DNA from: an uncultured Chloroflexia bacterium
GTDB lineage: Bacteria; Chloroflexota; UBA5177
Assembly (NCBI GenBank): GCA_963737125.1
Contig: CAVTRL010000003.1
Location: forward strand, 132,204-196,203
Direction of reading: 5' to 3'
DNA length: 64,000 nucleotides
Shown one piece after another: positions 13,373 through 22,033 of the stretch. The notes under the pieces are model-generated. The model was given only the letters and a program-made list of their open reading frames with translations, was not told the DNA's origin and made no database searches. Position numbers and translations under genes: made by a program. Each line of letters starts with the position of its first letter. Positions within the stretch are counted from its first letter, which is position 1.

Positions 13373-14347
13373 ATGCTTGGTCTCGAAATCGTATTGGCGG
13401 TCCTCGTATTGTTTGTGCTGATCACCGGATTTAAATCAATCCGGGTGGTCCCGCAGGCACGCGTCATCGTCGTACAGCGGCTTGGCCGCTACCTGAAAAC
13501 CTCCGGAAGCGGACCGGTATTCGTGATCCCGTTCGTGGACAAAATCCTTCCGACGGTTGATTTGCGCGAGCAGGTCGTGCCGTTCCCACCACAGGCAGTG
13601 ATTACGTCAGACAACGTCGGAATCCAGGTAGCCACAGTCGTGTACTACCAGATCATCGACGCAAAGAACTCAACCTATCAGGTGGTGGATCTGGTTGCGG
13701 CCATGGAGCAGCTCACCATCACGACGCTTCGTAACGTCATCGGTGGGCTTACCCTCGACCGCGCACTTACCAGCCGGGAGGACATCAACTCCAACATGCG
13801 GGCCTCGCTGGACGAGGTAACGGAAGGTTGGGGCGTGCGCGTTAATCGTGTCGAGCTGAAAGACATCATCCCGCCACACGATGTCCAGCAGGCGATGGAA
13901 AAGCAGATGCAGGCGGAGCGCGAAAAGCGAGCGTCGATCCTACGGGCCGAAGGCATGAAGCAGTCGTCGATTCTGCAGGCGGAAGGGGAGAAGCAGTCCG
14001 CAATCCTCACGGCCGAAGGTCAACGACAGGCGAGCATCCTGCAAGCTGAAGGTGAAGCGCAAGCTCTGGTCACCATCCAGACCGCGCAGGCGCAGGCGGT
14101 ACACGTGGTGTTCGACGCGCTCAACGAGGCGCACGCCACGCCGGAAATCCTGAAGTACCTGTACATTCAGAGCCTACCGAAGATCGCCGAAGGCTCCGCC
14201 AACAAGCTGTTCATCGTGCCCTCCGAACTGCAAAGCATCGCAAGCATGGGCGCGACATTCTCGGCGGCGTCCGAAAACAACGGCAATGCCAACGGCGCGC
14301 CGATCGTGCCGCAGATCACCTCGGGCCGAACCGGCTCGACCAGCTAA
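13373..14347 (+). CDS. SPFH/band-7 (stomatin/prohibitin-like) protein
   Basis: N-terminal TM helix, SPFH core (VVPQARVIVVQRLGRY..., TSDNVGIQV), and a coiled-coil region with AEG/ILQAEG repeats. Confidence 0.9.
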   Translation: MLGLEIVLAVLVLFVLITGFKSIRVVPQARVIVVQRLGRYLKTSGSGPVFVIPFVDKILPTVDLREQVVPFPPQAVITSDNVGIQVATVVYYQIIDAKNSTYQVVDLVAAMEQLTITTLRNVIGGLTLDRALTSREDINSNMRASLDEVTEGWGVRVNRVELKDIIPPHDVQQAMEKQMQAEREKRASILRAEGMKQSSILQAEGEKQSAILTAEGQRQASILQAEGEAQALVTIQTAQAQAVHVVFDALNEAHATPEILKYLYIQSLPKIAEGSANKLFIVPSELQSIASMGATFSAASENNGNANGAPIVPQITSGRTGSTS

Positions 14348-14503
14348 CGCGTCCCCGGTACGGGAGGGCTGCTCGCCTGAGCGGCCCTCCCTTTCATACG
14401 CGGTACGAGCTCACACGGCCGGGCGGTATCGTAACCATTTACGCGAGATCTGAGAAGATTCCGACACGGCATCCGAACAGTGATGATGTCGTGCGATGTC
14501 TCG

Positions 14504-15766
14504 TCACCTCCCCATGTCCGGTACCAGCGAGTACCACACATGGCGGCGGGAACCAGCGATTTGGGCGGTACCGTTGAACCGATAGGCCGGGACGAGATAG
14601 AGGGTTCCCTCCTTCGCGGACGTGAGAATGGATACGATGTGCGTCCCGAGCAGGCTGCCAACGCCTCCAGACTTGTCTGACGGCGAGATGTCCTCCACCG
14701 CGAGTGGTGACGTCCCGCGTCGGACCTGGTCCCAGGCCTGTGTAACTGAGCGCGCCGCGAGTACGCCATGACGCGCGATTGGTGGCCAGACCCAAGCTTC
14801 GATGACGCTTCCATCCGGTGTGATCCACATCGTCGCCTCATTCGTCGCTGTCGGCCCCACGTGGGGCCACCCGAACTCAACTGCCCGAACCTTTGCCAAG
14901 TGGAAGACGGGGTGAAACGATCGGAGCGGCATGCGGTACGCGGGCCATCCGAGCTGCTCCAGCCATTGTCGGGCAATTGCTACCGCGCGCTGCTGGGTGA
15001 TGGGATGCCTCGCCAAGGGCAACACGTGATTGCGCCGGTCGTGATAGATTAACTCCCCGTTGCGAGTCGAGATGGCAAGACTGTGGAGTGCTCCGTGTGC
15101 CGGCACACCGCCGTCCTGTGCCACGAGCCAGGTCACGGCGTCCGCTTGCACGCGCCTGACTCTTGCGGAGATATGAAGCAACCGGCGACCACGAGTGATG
15201 ACGCCGGACGGGAGCGCCAGTCGGTAGGCCGCTTCGCTCGACGGCTCGTGGGGAAGAGCGCGAGCCAACAGTCGCAGATGACCGGCGTACGGTATGGCAG
15301 ACACCGGGTGTACAAGGCTGAGCGTGGCCGTGAGCCGGTGAACGGCGACTGGCACCGACGGAAGGTTGAAGAGCAGATCGGCTCGCTGAGGATAAGGAGC
15401 CGTGAATGAGTGCGTTGATGATCCGGTAGTGTGGTACGTCCTGAATAACAGAACCGCGATGAGTACGGCGGTAGCCAGGACGGATACGCCGATCCTCCTC
15501 GGAAACGAGATCGTCTCCGGTTTCTCGACGGGACGTGCACCCGGGCGACGCAATAACCGGGCACGGAGATTACGGGCAAAGGTTGGATGCGGAGCCAGCT
15601 CCTCGTCATCTACCAGGTGCGCTCGTAGCCGCATGGCAAAAACGGGATCCATTTCCGCTTCGAATCGCTCCTGCTGCACTATGAGCGGTCCAACCCTCGA
15701 TAGCTGCTGCTCGAGCTCGTCCTCGGAAAGCGGCACACGACGCAGATCACGGTCCATGTCAGACAT
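14504..15766 (-). CDS. Anti-sigma factor-like membrane protein (one TM helix, large extracytoplasmic domain)
   Basis: Start MSDMDRDLRRVPLSEDELEQ overlaps the stop of the upstream ECF sigma gene. Cytoplasmic N-terminus, TM helix IGVSVLATAVLIAVLLF, about 300-aa C-terminal domain. Confidence 0.6.
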   Translation of the reverse strand: MSDMDRDLRRVPLSEDELEQQLSRVGPLIVQQERFEAEMDPVFAMRLRAHLVDDEELAPHPTFARNLRARLLRRPGARPVEKPETISFPRRIGVSVLATAVLIAVLLFRTYHTTGSSTHSFTAPYPQRADLLFNLPSVPVAVHRLTATLSLVHPVSAIPYAGHLRLLARALPHEPSSEAAYRLALPSGVITRGRRLLHISARVRRVQADAVTWLVAQDGGVPAHGALHSLAISTRNGELIYHDRRNHVLPLARHPITQQRAVAIARQWLEQLGWPAYRMPLRSFHPVFHLAKVRAVEFGWPHVGPTATNEATMWITPDGSVIEAWVWPPIARHGVLAARSVTQAWDQVRRGTSPLAVEDISPSDKSGGVGSLLGTHIVSILTSAKEGTLYLVPAYRFNGTAQIAGSRRHVWYSLVPDMGR

Positions 15767-16322
15767 CCGCCGATGCCTCCTCCACGAGACGCGCCTGCAG
15801 GGTCGCAAGTGCCCGTCGTAGTAACTGTTTCACCGCACCCTCAGTTCTCCCCATGCGTGCTGCCACAGTTGCAAAGGGCTGATCCTCGTAGAACCGCAAT
15901 CGTACAACTTCCTGCTGATCTGGTGGGAGCGCCGTAACATGTCCTCTGAGCCAATATGTCTGCTCCCATTCATGCAACCAACTCGTCGTCCCGTCGAGAC
16001 TGAGCGAAGAGGCATGCAAGAAACCGCGGCTGGAGCGCCGACTTCGATCCTTAGCGGCGTTGGCCGCAATGCGGATCAGCCAGGCGGACAAGGGTAGCCC
16101 ACGGTAGTCGTATCGCCGGATCGCGCGCAGGGCCTGTTCAAAGGTCTGCGCGGTTAAGTCTTCGGCTTCTTCCCGGGTGCCACTTTGGAGGCGGCAGAAC
16201 GCATACACGCGGGGAAGATAGTGGTCATAAATCTCACCGAATGCCGCCCGGTCCGTGCGTGCGCGCTCGATAACGTCGGGAGAGATCTGCGCCCGTCGCT
16301 CCGCTCCCGCCTGGACCTCCAT
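15759..16322 (-). CDS. ECF (RpoE-type) sigma-70 family sigma factor
   Basis: Region 2 (YDHYLPRVYAFCRLQSGTREEAEDLTAQTFEQALRAI) and region 4 (LPPDQQEVVRLRFYEDQPFATVAARMGRTEGAVKQLLRRA) motifs. Confidence 0.85.
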   Translation of the reverse strand: MEVQAGAERRAQISPDVIERARTDRAAFGEIYDHYLPRVYAFCRLQSGTREEAEDLTAQTFEQALRAIRRYDYRGLPLSAWLIRIAANAAKDRSRRSSRGFLHASSLSLDGTTSWLHEWEQTYWLRGHVTALPPDQQEVVRLRFYEDQPFATVAARMGRTEGAVKQLLRRALATLQARLVEEASADV

Positions 16323-16447
16323 GGAGTGCTCCCTCGCCTGTGGGATGTCCGAACCGTTCTTTGCATTGTAGGCGCGCGTACCTTTTCCTGGCGGTGGTGC
16401 GTTTACCTTCTCTGGAATGACGTAACACGGACAGAAGAAGGAGATTC

Positions 16448-17245
16448 ATGGTTTTGTTAGCGGTCCATCAAGATATCGGGGATGCGGTGGTGACAGCATT
16501 CGCCTCCGCACTTGCCCTACTCCTCGGGGGCATCCCGAAAATCATCGCATTCCTGCTGATCCTCATCGTCGGCTGGATCATAGCCAGTATTGTGGCGAAG
16601 GTGATCACGACGGTGCTGCGCGCGGTGAAATTTAACGATATGGCGCAGCGATCAGGCATTGCCGGGTTTGTCAAGGATATGGGGGTTGATACCGATTCTT
16701 CCGGTGTAATCGCCGGAATCGTCAAGTGGTTCATCCGTTTGATTTTCCTTGTAGCGGCATTCGACGCATTGGGGCTTCCCGCCGTTTCGGCGGTCCTGCA
16801 GCAGTTCCTGCTTTGGATACCGAACCTGGTTGTGGCCCTGGTCATCCTTGTCATCGGCGGCTTGCTAGCCAAGGCACTGGCCGATATCGTGCGCGGTGCC
16901 ACGAGAGAAGCCCAGCTCGGCAATCCCGACCTCATGGCTACCATCGCGCGCATGGCCGTGATTGCGTTCGCAATCATCATCGCGGTCAACCAGATCGGCA
17001 TCGCTACCACGTTGGTCAACACCCTCTTCATGGGTGTCGTCGCCACGTTTGTCATTGCTTTTGGTCTCGCCTTTGGACTCGGCGGACGAGAGGTCGCAGC
17101 CCAGATCACACAGAACTGGTATGCGAAAAGCCAGGGCGCGGCACCGAAGCTGTCCCAAGCGGCAAGCGCCGCTGGAGATCAGGCGCAGGCCAAAAAAGAT
17201 CAGATGGCTCCAGGAGAGGAGTCAGCGAGTAGACCAGTCAGTTAG
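16448..17245 (+). CDS. Conserved-TM-helix repeat membrane protein
   Basis: Multiple hydrophobic helices with repeated G/A-rich TM pattern (IIAFLLILIVGWIIASIVAKVIT..., FIRLIFLVAAFDALG...). C-terminal charged tail. Confidence 0.6.
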   Translation: MVLLAVHQDIGDAVVTAFASALALLLGGIPKIIAFLLILIVGWIIASIVAKVITTVLRAVKFNDMAQRSGIAGFVKDMGVDTDSSGVIAGIVKWFIRLIFLVAAFDALGLPAVSAVLQQFLLWIPNLVVALVILVIGGLLAKALADIVRGATREAQLGNPDLMATIARMAVIAFAIIIAVNQIGIATTLVNTLFMGVVATFVIAFGLAFGLGGREVAAQITQNWYAKSQGAAPKLSQAASAAGDQAQAKKDQMAPGEESASRPVS

Positions 17246-17300
17246 CACCACTACGGGTTCAACAAACGCACACACGACTAGAAGTAAAGGAGAAAGCACA

Positions 17301-18128
17301 ATGAACAGCGGAACGACTGCACCGGATCAATTGTTTGGATCACAGGTCATGGATTCGGCCGGGGACGAGGTCGGCGACGTCGACGGCGTATGGGTGGACG
17401 ACGCCACGGACGAGCTTGAGTTCGTGAGCGTCAAACTGGGCTTCCTCGTGGGAAAGCCCCACATCATACCGCTGGCGAATGCTCAGGTCTCAGCCGACGG
17501 CATCACTGTCCCGTACAGCAAGGATCAGATCAAAGATGCCCCGAGCTTCGCGACAGACGATGAGATAAGTCCCGAGGACGAAGACGAGATCTATAGCTAT
17601 TACGGGATCGATCGTTCCACGTCCTCCAGCCCGAGCGGGCTTCCAACCGGCGAGGGTACAGACGCCGGAACGGACGTCACTTCGACCGACTACGCTACGT
17701 CAGGGCGACGAGATACCGGCCGCGACCTCAGCACCGATCGCGACCAGAGCGTGACTCTCCACGAGGAAGAATTGGCGGTCGGGAAGCGCAACGTTGAAGC
17801 GGGTCGGGTGCGTCTGAGGAAAGTGGTTCGTACCGAGCACCAGGAAGTGCCGGTGGAACTTCGCCGCGAAGAGGTCGAGATCGAACGGGTTCCTGCCACT
17901 GGTGACGACGCCGGCACCACGGCATTTCAGGAGCAGGAGATCGAAATCCCGGTCATGCGGGAAGAGGCCGTGGCCAACAAGGAAGTCCGCGCAACGGAGC
18001 AGGTGCGGCTCAATAAGACCGCACAGACCGAGACGGAAACAGTTGGTGGTGACGTTCGGTCTGAAGAGGTCGAGATTGATGACGACACTGACACGGACAT
18101 CCAGGATGCACCCGGCAACCGACGCTGA
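17301..18128 (+). CDS. PRC-barrel plus DUF2382 (YsnF-like) stress-response protein
   Basis: RBS AAGGAGAAAG precedes ATG 17301. N-terminal PRC-barrel (VMDSAGDEVGDVDGVWVDD). C-terminal DUF2382 motif pattern (EEELAVGKRNVEAGRVRLRKVVRTE...EEVEIERVP). Confidence 0.7.
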   Translation: MNSGTTAPDQLFGSQVMDSAGDEVGDVDGVWVDDATDELEFVSVKLGFLVGKPHIIPLANAQVSADGITVPYSKDQIKDAPSFATDDEISPEDEDEIYSYYGIDRSTSSSPSGLPTGEGTDAGTDVTSTDYATSGRRDTGRDLSTDRDQSVTLHEEELAVGKRNVEAGRVRLRKVVRTEHQEVPVELRREEVEIERVPATGDDAGTTAFQEQEIEIPVMREEAVANKEVRATEQVRLNKTAQTETETVGGDVRSEEVEIDDDTDTDIQDAPGNRR

Positions 18129-18244
18129 AGGCTGGGACGGTGCATAGACGCGTGGGGAGAGCTGGTCAGCTCTCTCCGCGCTCGTCTCGCTTCGCACGGG
18201 ACCGAACGAATCATGAAATCACGGATACGGAAGGGTTCTCGCTC

Positions 18245-18769
18245 ATGAAAACAAGAGTCATTGTTCTGCTTTTGCTCAGCGCCCTACTCCTCGGCGCACT
18301 CTCCCCAATGGCTGCCCGCCAGGCGAGTGCCGCGACCCTGCACAACCAGGTAGCAGCAGCCCCCACGCAGTTACATGCAGCGGCCTTCGACAAGACCAGG
18401 TTTGTACTTCATCTGGCAGTCGCAGCGTATTTAATTCACTACGTCTATAAGAAATACAAAACCGGCAAATTGGGACGTTTCCACATCATCACGGACATCA
18501 AGGCTGCCGCCGCCGCCCTCATTGCGTACCACGAACTCAATACCGCGTACGGCATCGCGAAGGGAAGTACTAGCAAGACATTGCAGGCGATCGTCGCTCC
18601 GATTGGCGCGTTAACGAGTACCGCAAGCGCGATGGCGAGCAAGCTGAAGCACGGCGATACCAGCGCGGTTTCGACGGCAAACAGCCAGGAGAGCACCCTT
18701 CAATCCCTGGCAGGAAAGAATGGGTTTTCTTACAAAGACGTTGCGCCGTCCGGATTCGCCGGATTCTAG
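18245..18769 (+). CDS. Secreted hypothetical protein (signal peptide; compositionally atypical)
   Basis: MKTRVIVLLLLSALLLGALSPMAARQASAA signal peptide. A/T-richer codons than neighbours. Followed by a strong hairpin. Confidence 0.55.
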   Translation: MKTRVIVLLLLSALLLGALSPMAARQASAATLHNQVAAAPTQLHAAAFDKTRFVLHLAVAAYLIHYVYKKYKTGKLGRFHIITDIKAAAAALIAYHELNTAYGIAKGSTSKTLQAIVAPIGALTSTASAMASKLKHGDTSAVSTANSQESTLQSLAGKNGFSYKDVAPSGFAGF

Positions 18770-18781
18770 GTAGGAACGTTC

Positions 18782-18810
18782 GAGGGGCCGGTTGTCTCCG
18801 GCCCCTCTTC
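18782..18810 (+). terminator. Stem-loop (GAGGGGCCGG-TTGTCT-CCGGCCCCTC) followed by TTC
   Basis: Perfect 10-bp stem directly after the 18769 stop. No long U tract. Confidence 0.45.
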
Positions 18811-19041
18811 AAGAGGAGGGGTACTGTAGCGGTGTGTTGGCAGTGGTCCGCTTGCCGGCGTCAATCGTACCTTTTGTGCCTTACCGACGTTCTTTTTGTA
18901 AAGGGACGTACGGCTCCCGGGTGAGCCGTTCACAGCGTCATGGGCGCGGCGGCGCTCCCACCCCACGTCGGTACCATTCCCCGGCACGTTTCGTCGACCG
19001 GTAGAAAGCGCAAGCCCGAGCAGAGGCCACGGAGGGTAACA

Positions 19042-19449
19042 ATGGCACACGAAGTACAGCAACAGAAGGACGACCGATCACTCGGCGAGCTGTTCTCTAC
19101 CCTGTCACAAGAGACCACCACGTTGGTCAAGCAGGAGGTAGCACTTGCCAAAACGGAGATCTCGCAGAAAGCAGCCGCGGTTGGAAAGGACATCGCCTTT
19201 CTCATCGCCGGGGCCGTCGTCGCCTACGCGGGGTTTCTCGCACTGATCGCCACCATCGTTCTTGCGCTCGGTCAGGCAGGTGTGACGTGGTGGCTGGCTG
19301 CGCTCGCAGCCGGCCTGGTTGTGGTTGCGATTGGAGGCATCCTGGCATGGGAAGGGCTGACCAACCTCAAACGCGAAAGCGTGGTGCCGCAGGAGACCGT
19401 GGCGACGTTGAAGGAGGACGCAGCATGGGCGAAAGAGCAGACGAAGTAG
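19042..19449 (+). CDS. Holin-X (phage holin family / PF07332-like) small membrane protein
   Basis: RBS GGAGGG. MAHEVQQQKDDRSLGELFSTLSQETTTLVKQEVALAKTEI amphipathic N-terminus plus two TM helices. Confidence 0.65.
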   Translation: MAHEVQQQKDDRSLGELFSTLSQETTTLVKQEVALAKTEISQKAAAVGKDIAFLIAGAVVAYAGFLALIATIVLALGQAGVTWWLAALAAGLVVVAIGGILAWEGLTNLKRESVVPQETVATLKEDAAWAKEQTK

Positions 19450-20672
19450 ATGGCACCGAACGGCTCGATGTGACGAGTCAGGAGGAGTCCCAGTCACCAG
19501 ACACGCCGGAAGCAGATGCAGATCTGACAAACGCTCGTGCCGAGATTGAAGAGACACGGACAGAGATGAGTGAGACCATCGACGCCATCCAGGAGAAGCT
19601 GAGCCCGGAGCATGTCAAAGAGCAGGCGAAAGAAAGTATCAGGCAGGCAACGGTGGGGCAGGTCACCGAGTTCTTGCAAGCCACCCGGCGCAGGGGTGCA
19701 GACACAGCGGGCGCGATGCCCGGGCTAGCTAAAACCACCGGTTCGAAGGCTGCATCCACCGCGCAGCAGAAACCCATTCTGCTCGCCGGGGCCGGCAGCG
19801 GGGTTGTGGGACTGGTGATTGCAGCGCGGATGGTTCGGGCTCGGCAACAGCGTCCTTCACCGACACCAGCACCCACACCTCCCGACAGTGGAACTGTCCT
19901 GGATCGGGTCCAGCGTGCGTTGAAGCAGGGGATGATAGAGGCGAACCGAATCGCTGCACAACGCACCGGTCGAGTGCCGGACAAGCCAATAGTGCCCACA
20001 CGCACGCGGTTCATGGGTCGAGCACTTGGCACCAACCGTTCCCAATCCGCGCCGGCCTCGGCGTCGGAGGGAGGGAACCGCATCATGAAGAAACTTGTCT
20101 TGACCGCAGTGCTGGCAGTTCCGGCCACCACACTGATTGCCAAGAAGATTCGCCAGAGCGCCGGAAAGGAGGAAGCAATGACTCGAAACGATCTCGTCCT
20201 GGCATGGCTCAACAACGCCTACAGCACTGAGAACGGGCTGGTCCAGACACTCCAAAGTCACGCCAAGGACGCGAAAGACTTCCCGCAGCTGCAGGCACGA
20301 ATCCAGCAGCACGTCGAAGAGACTCGACGCCACGCTAATCTCATCCAGGGATGCATTCAGCGCCTAGGGGGAAACACTTCCGGATTGAAGAGCGGCATGG
20401 GAACGCTCGTGGGCAAGGCGCAGGGTGTGGTCGCACGGCCGGCGCAGGATGCAGTCGTGAAGAACGCGTTGGCTGACTCGGCTGCCGAGCAACTTGAGAT
20501 CGCCTCGTATAAGGCGTTAGGTGCGGCGGCCCAGGATCTCGGCGACCAAGAAACACTCTCAATCTGCCGGCAGATTCTCGAGGAAGAGGAGGACATGGCA
20601 CGTTTCCTCGATCAAAATCTACCAACCGTCGTAGTCCAAACGATGAACATATGGCCGGTTGCGGCGTCGTAG
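19425..20672 (+). CDS. DUF3618-domain protein continuous with a YciE/DUF892 ferritin-like domain (possible fusion or lost stop; internal RBS+ATG at 20085)
   Basis: N-terminal ARAEIEETRTEMSETIDAIQEKLSPEHVKEQAKESIRQAT (DUF3618). C-terminal LAWLNNAYSTENGLVQTLQSHAKDAKDFPQLQARIQQHVEETRRHANLI...EQLEIASYKAL (YciE-like). No stop separates them. Confidence 0.6.
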   Translation: MGERADEVDGTERLDVTSQEESQSPDTPEADADLTNARAEIEETRTEMSETIDAIQEKLSPEHVKEQAKESIRQATVGQVTEFLQATRRRGADTAGAMPGLAKTTGSKAASTAQQKPILLAGAGSGVVGLVIAARMVRARQQRPSPTPAPTPPDSGTVLDRVQRALKQGMIEANRIAAQRTGRVPDKPIVPTRTRFMGRALGTNRSQSAPASASEGGNRIMKKLVLTAVLAVPATTLIAKKIRQSAGKEEAMTRNDLVLAWLNNAYSTENGLVQTLQSHAKDAKDFPQLQARIQQHVEETRRHANLIQGCIQRLGGNTSGLKSGMGTLVGKAQGVVARPAQDAVVKNALADSAAEQLEIASYKALGAAAQDLGDQETLSICRQILEEEEDMARFLDQNLPTVVVQTMNIWPVAAS

Positions 20673-20720
20673 TGCCGGAGATAGTAAAGCGACTCTCCCA
20701 CGTGCGGAAGGAGTACTGAC

Positions 20721-21320
20721 ATGGCAAGAGAGGTCAACACGCCGCGAACACTGCGGAGCGCGGACTCCGTTCGCAGCCAGCGTGAGCAACGGCTCATCGC
20801 CCGCTATGGCGGGTTTGACTGGGTCGCAACCTTCCTCGGGTTCGCGGTTGCAATCTTTTTCGGGGTGGTGTTGCTCGGCCTCGTCGGTGCGATTGTGGGA
20901 GCGGTTGGTTTCCAGTTGCATGCCCCGGTGCCCAAGATCGGTAGCTCGATAGCGGGCACGACCGAATCTCTCGGTATCGGAGCACTCATTGGGTCGCTCA
21001 TCGCAACCTTCATTGCCTACCTCATCGGCGGCTATACGGCTGGGCGACTGGCTCGCTTCGAGGGCAAAAAGAACGGGATTGGAGTGGTGCTCTGGACGAT
21101 CGTGGTCGGGATCATCCTGGGAATCCTCGGCGCCATTCTCGGCAATAAATTTGATGTTGCCAAGCAGCTACACCTCCACATCGATACCGGGACGCTCACG
21201 ACCGCCGGCCTGATCTCGCTTGTGGTGACCCTCGTCGTAATGCTACTTGCCGCCATCCTGGGCGGTTCGCTCGGTGAGCGGTACCACCGGAGAATCGATC
21301 GTGAGACAGGTGTACGCTGA
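20721..21320 (+). CDS. Hypothetical integral membrane protein (GxxxG-rich helices)
   Basis: 199 aa with four hydrophobic helices. Start follows the 20672 stop. Confidence 0.55.
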   Translation: MAREVNTPRTLRSADSVRSQREQRLIARYGGFDWVATFLGFAVAIFFGVVLLGLVGAIVGAVGFQLHAPVPKIGSSIAGTTESLGIGALIGSLIATFIAYLIGGYTAGRLARFEGKKNGIGVVLWTIVVGIILGILGAILGNKFDVAKQLHLHIDTGTLTTAGLISLVVTLVVMLLAAILGGSLGERYHRRIDRETGVR

Positions 21321-22006
21321 TGATCGAAGACTACGACGGCTCCGAAGTTCTCGATCGTGATGGCGCTCATATCGGGACGGTAGAGCGCAGCTATATTGAT
21401 GACCAGGGATCGGTGCAGTTCATCGAAGTGAAGATGGCGGGGCTGCGAGCCAGACATCGGCTCATCCCGGTCGACGACGCTGCACAGATGGACAGTGCTC
21501 TGAAAGTCCCGTTCGGTAAGGACATCGTCGAGGCGTCACCCAATGTCTCCTACCTGGGTGATACGGTCGAGGAGGAGACTCTCATCGAGATCCGAGCGTA
21601 TTACCAACGTCATGACCAGACCGCGGCTCCCGCTGCAGTCGAGCCGGCCGCGATTCCGACGGCCAAGTCGGAAACCACTGGTGACTCCGACTCCGGTTCT
21701 TCGGACCAAGACGGTGGAATCGGCGACAAGGTGAGAGGGGCTGCCGAGAAGATTCGCGAGAAACTGTCAGGCAGCAGTAGTTCTCGCGGGGATGAGAATG
21801 ACGCCGACGCAGGCACCAGTGGACGCGTGCGCGACCTGGGAGATGTGATCGAGGTGCCCATCGTGGAGGAGAAGCTGGTCAAGAAACCGGTTGTCACAGA
21901 GGTTCTGCGGATCCGCAAACGAGCCGTATCCGACCGGCAGACAGTCAGCGGTGATGTCCGCAAGGAAGACATCGAGATCGACGAGGAAGGCGATGTGCGG
22001 GCTTAG
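21320..22006 (+). CDS. PRC-barrel domain protein with DUF2382-like C-terminus
   Basis: MIEDYDGSEVLDRDGAHIGTVERSYIDDQGSVQFIEVKMAGL (PRC-barrel). Acidic linker. C-terminal VIEVPIVEEKLVKKPVVTEVLRIRKRAVSD...EDIEIDEEGDV. Confidence 0.65.
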   Translation: MIEDYDGSEVLDRDGAHIGTVERSYIDDQGSVQFIEVKMAGLRARHRLIPVDDAAQMDSALKVPFGKDIVEASPNVSYLGDTVEEETLIEIRAYYQRHDQTAAPAAVEPAAIPTAKSETTGDSDSGSSDQDGGIGDKVRGAAEKIREKLSGSSSSRGDENDADAGTSGRVRDLGDVIEVPIVEEKLVKKPVVTEVLRIRKRAVSDRQTVSGDVRKEDIEIDEEGDVRA

Positions 22007-22033
22007 ATCTGTACTTACGTGGGCGCCCAGATC

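Noticed and set aside
16323-16447. ECF-type promoter (-35 GGAAC / -10 CGTT) for the sigma gene or the divergent membrane-protein gene
   Set aside because: Several partial matches (GGAAT..., AGAACGGTTCGG) are present, but none has convincing spacing on either strand. Left uncalled.
16962-17300. N-terminal extension of ORF 16962..18128
   Set aside because: It overlaps the preceding membrane-protein gene in another frame. The PRC-barrel gene has a clean RBS and ATG at 17301.
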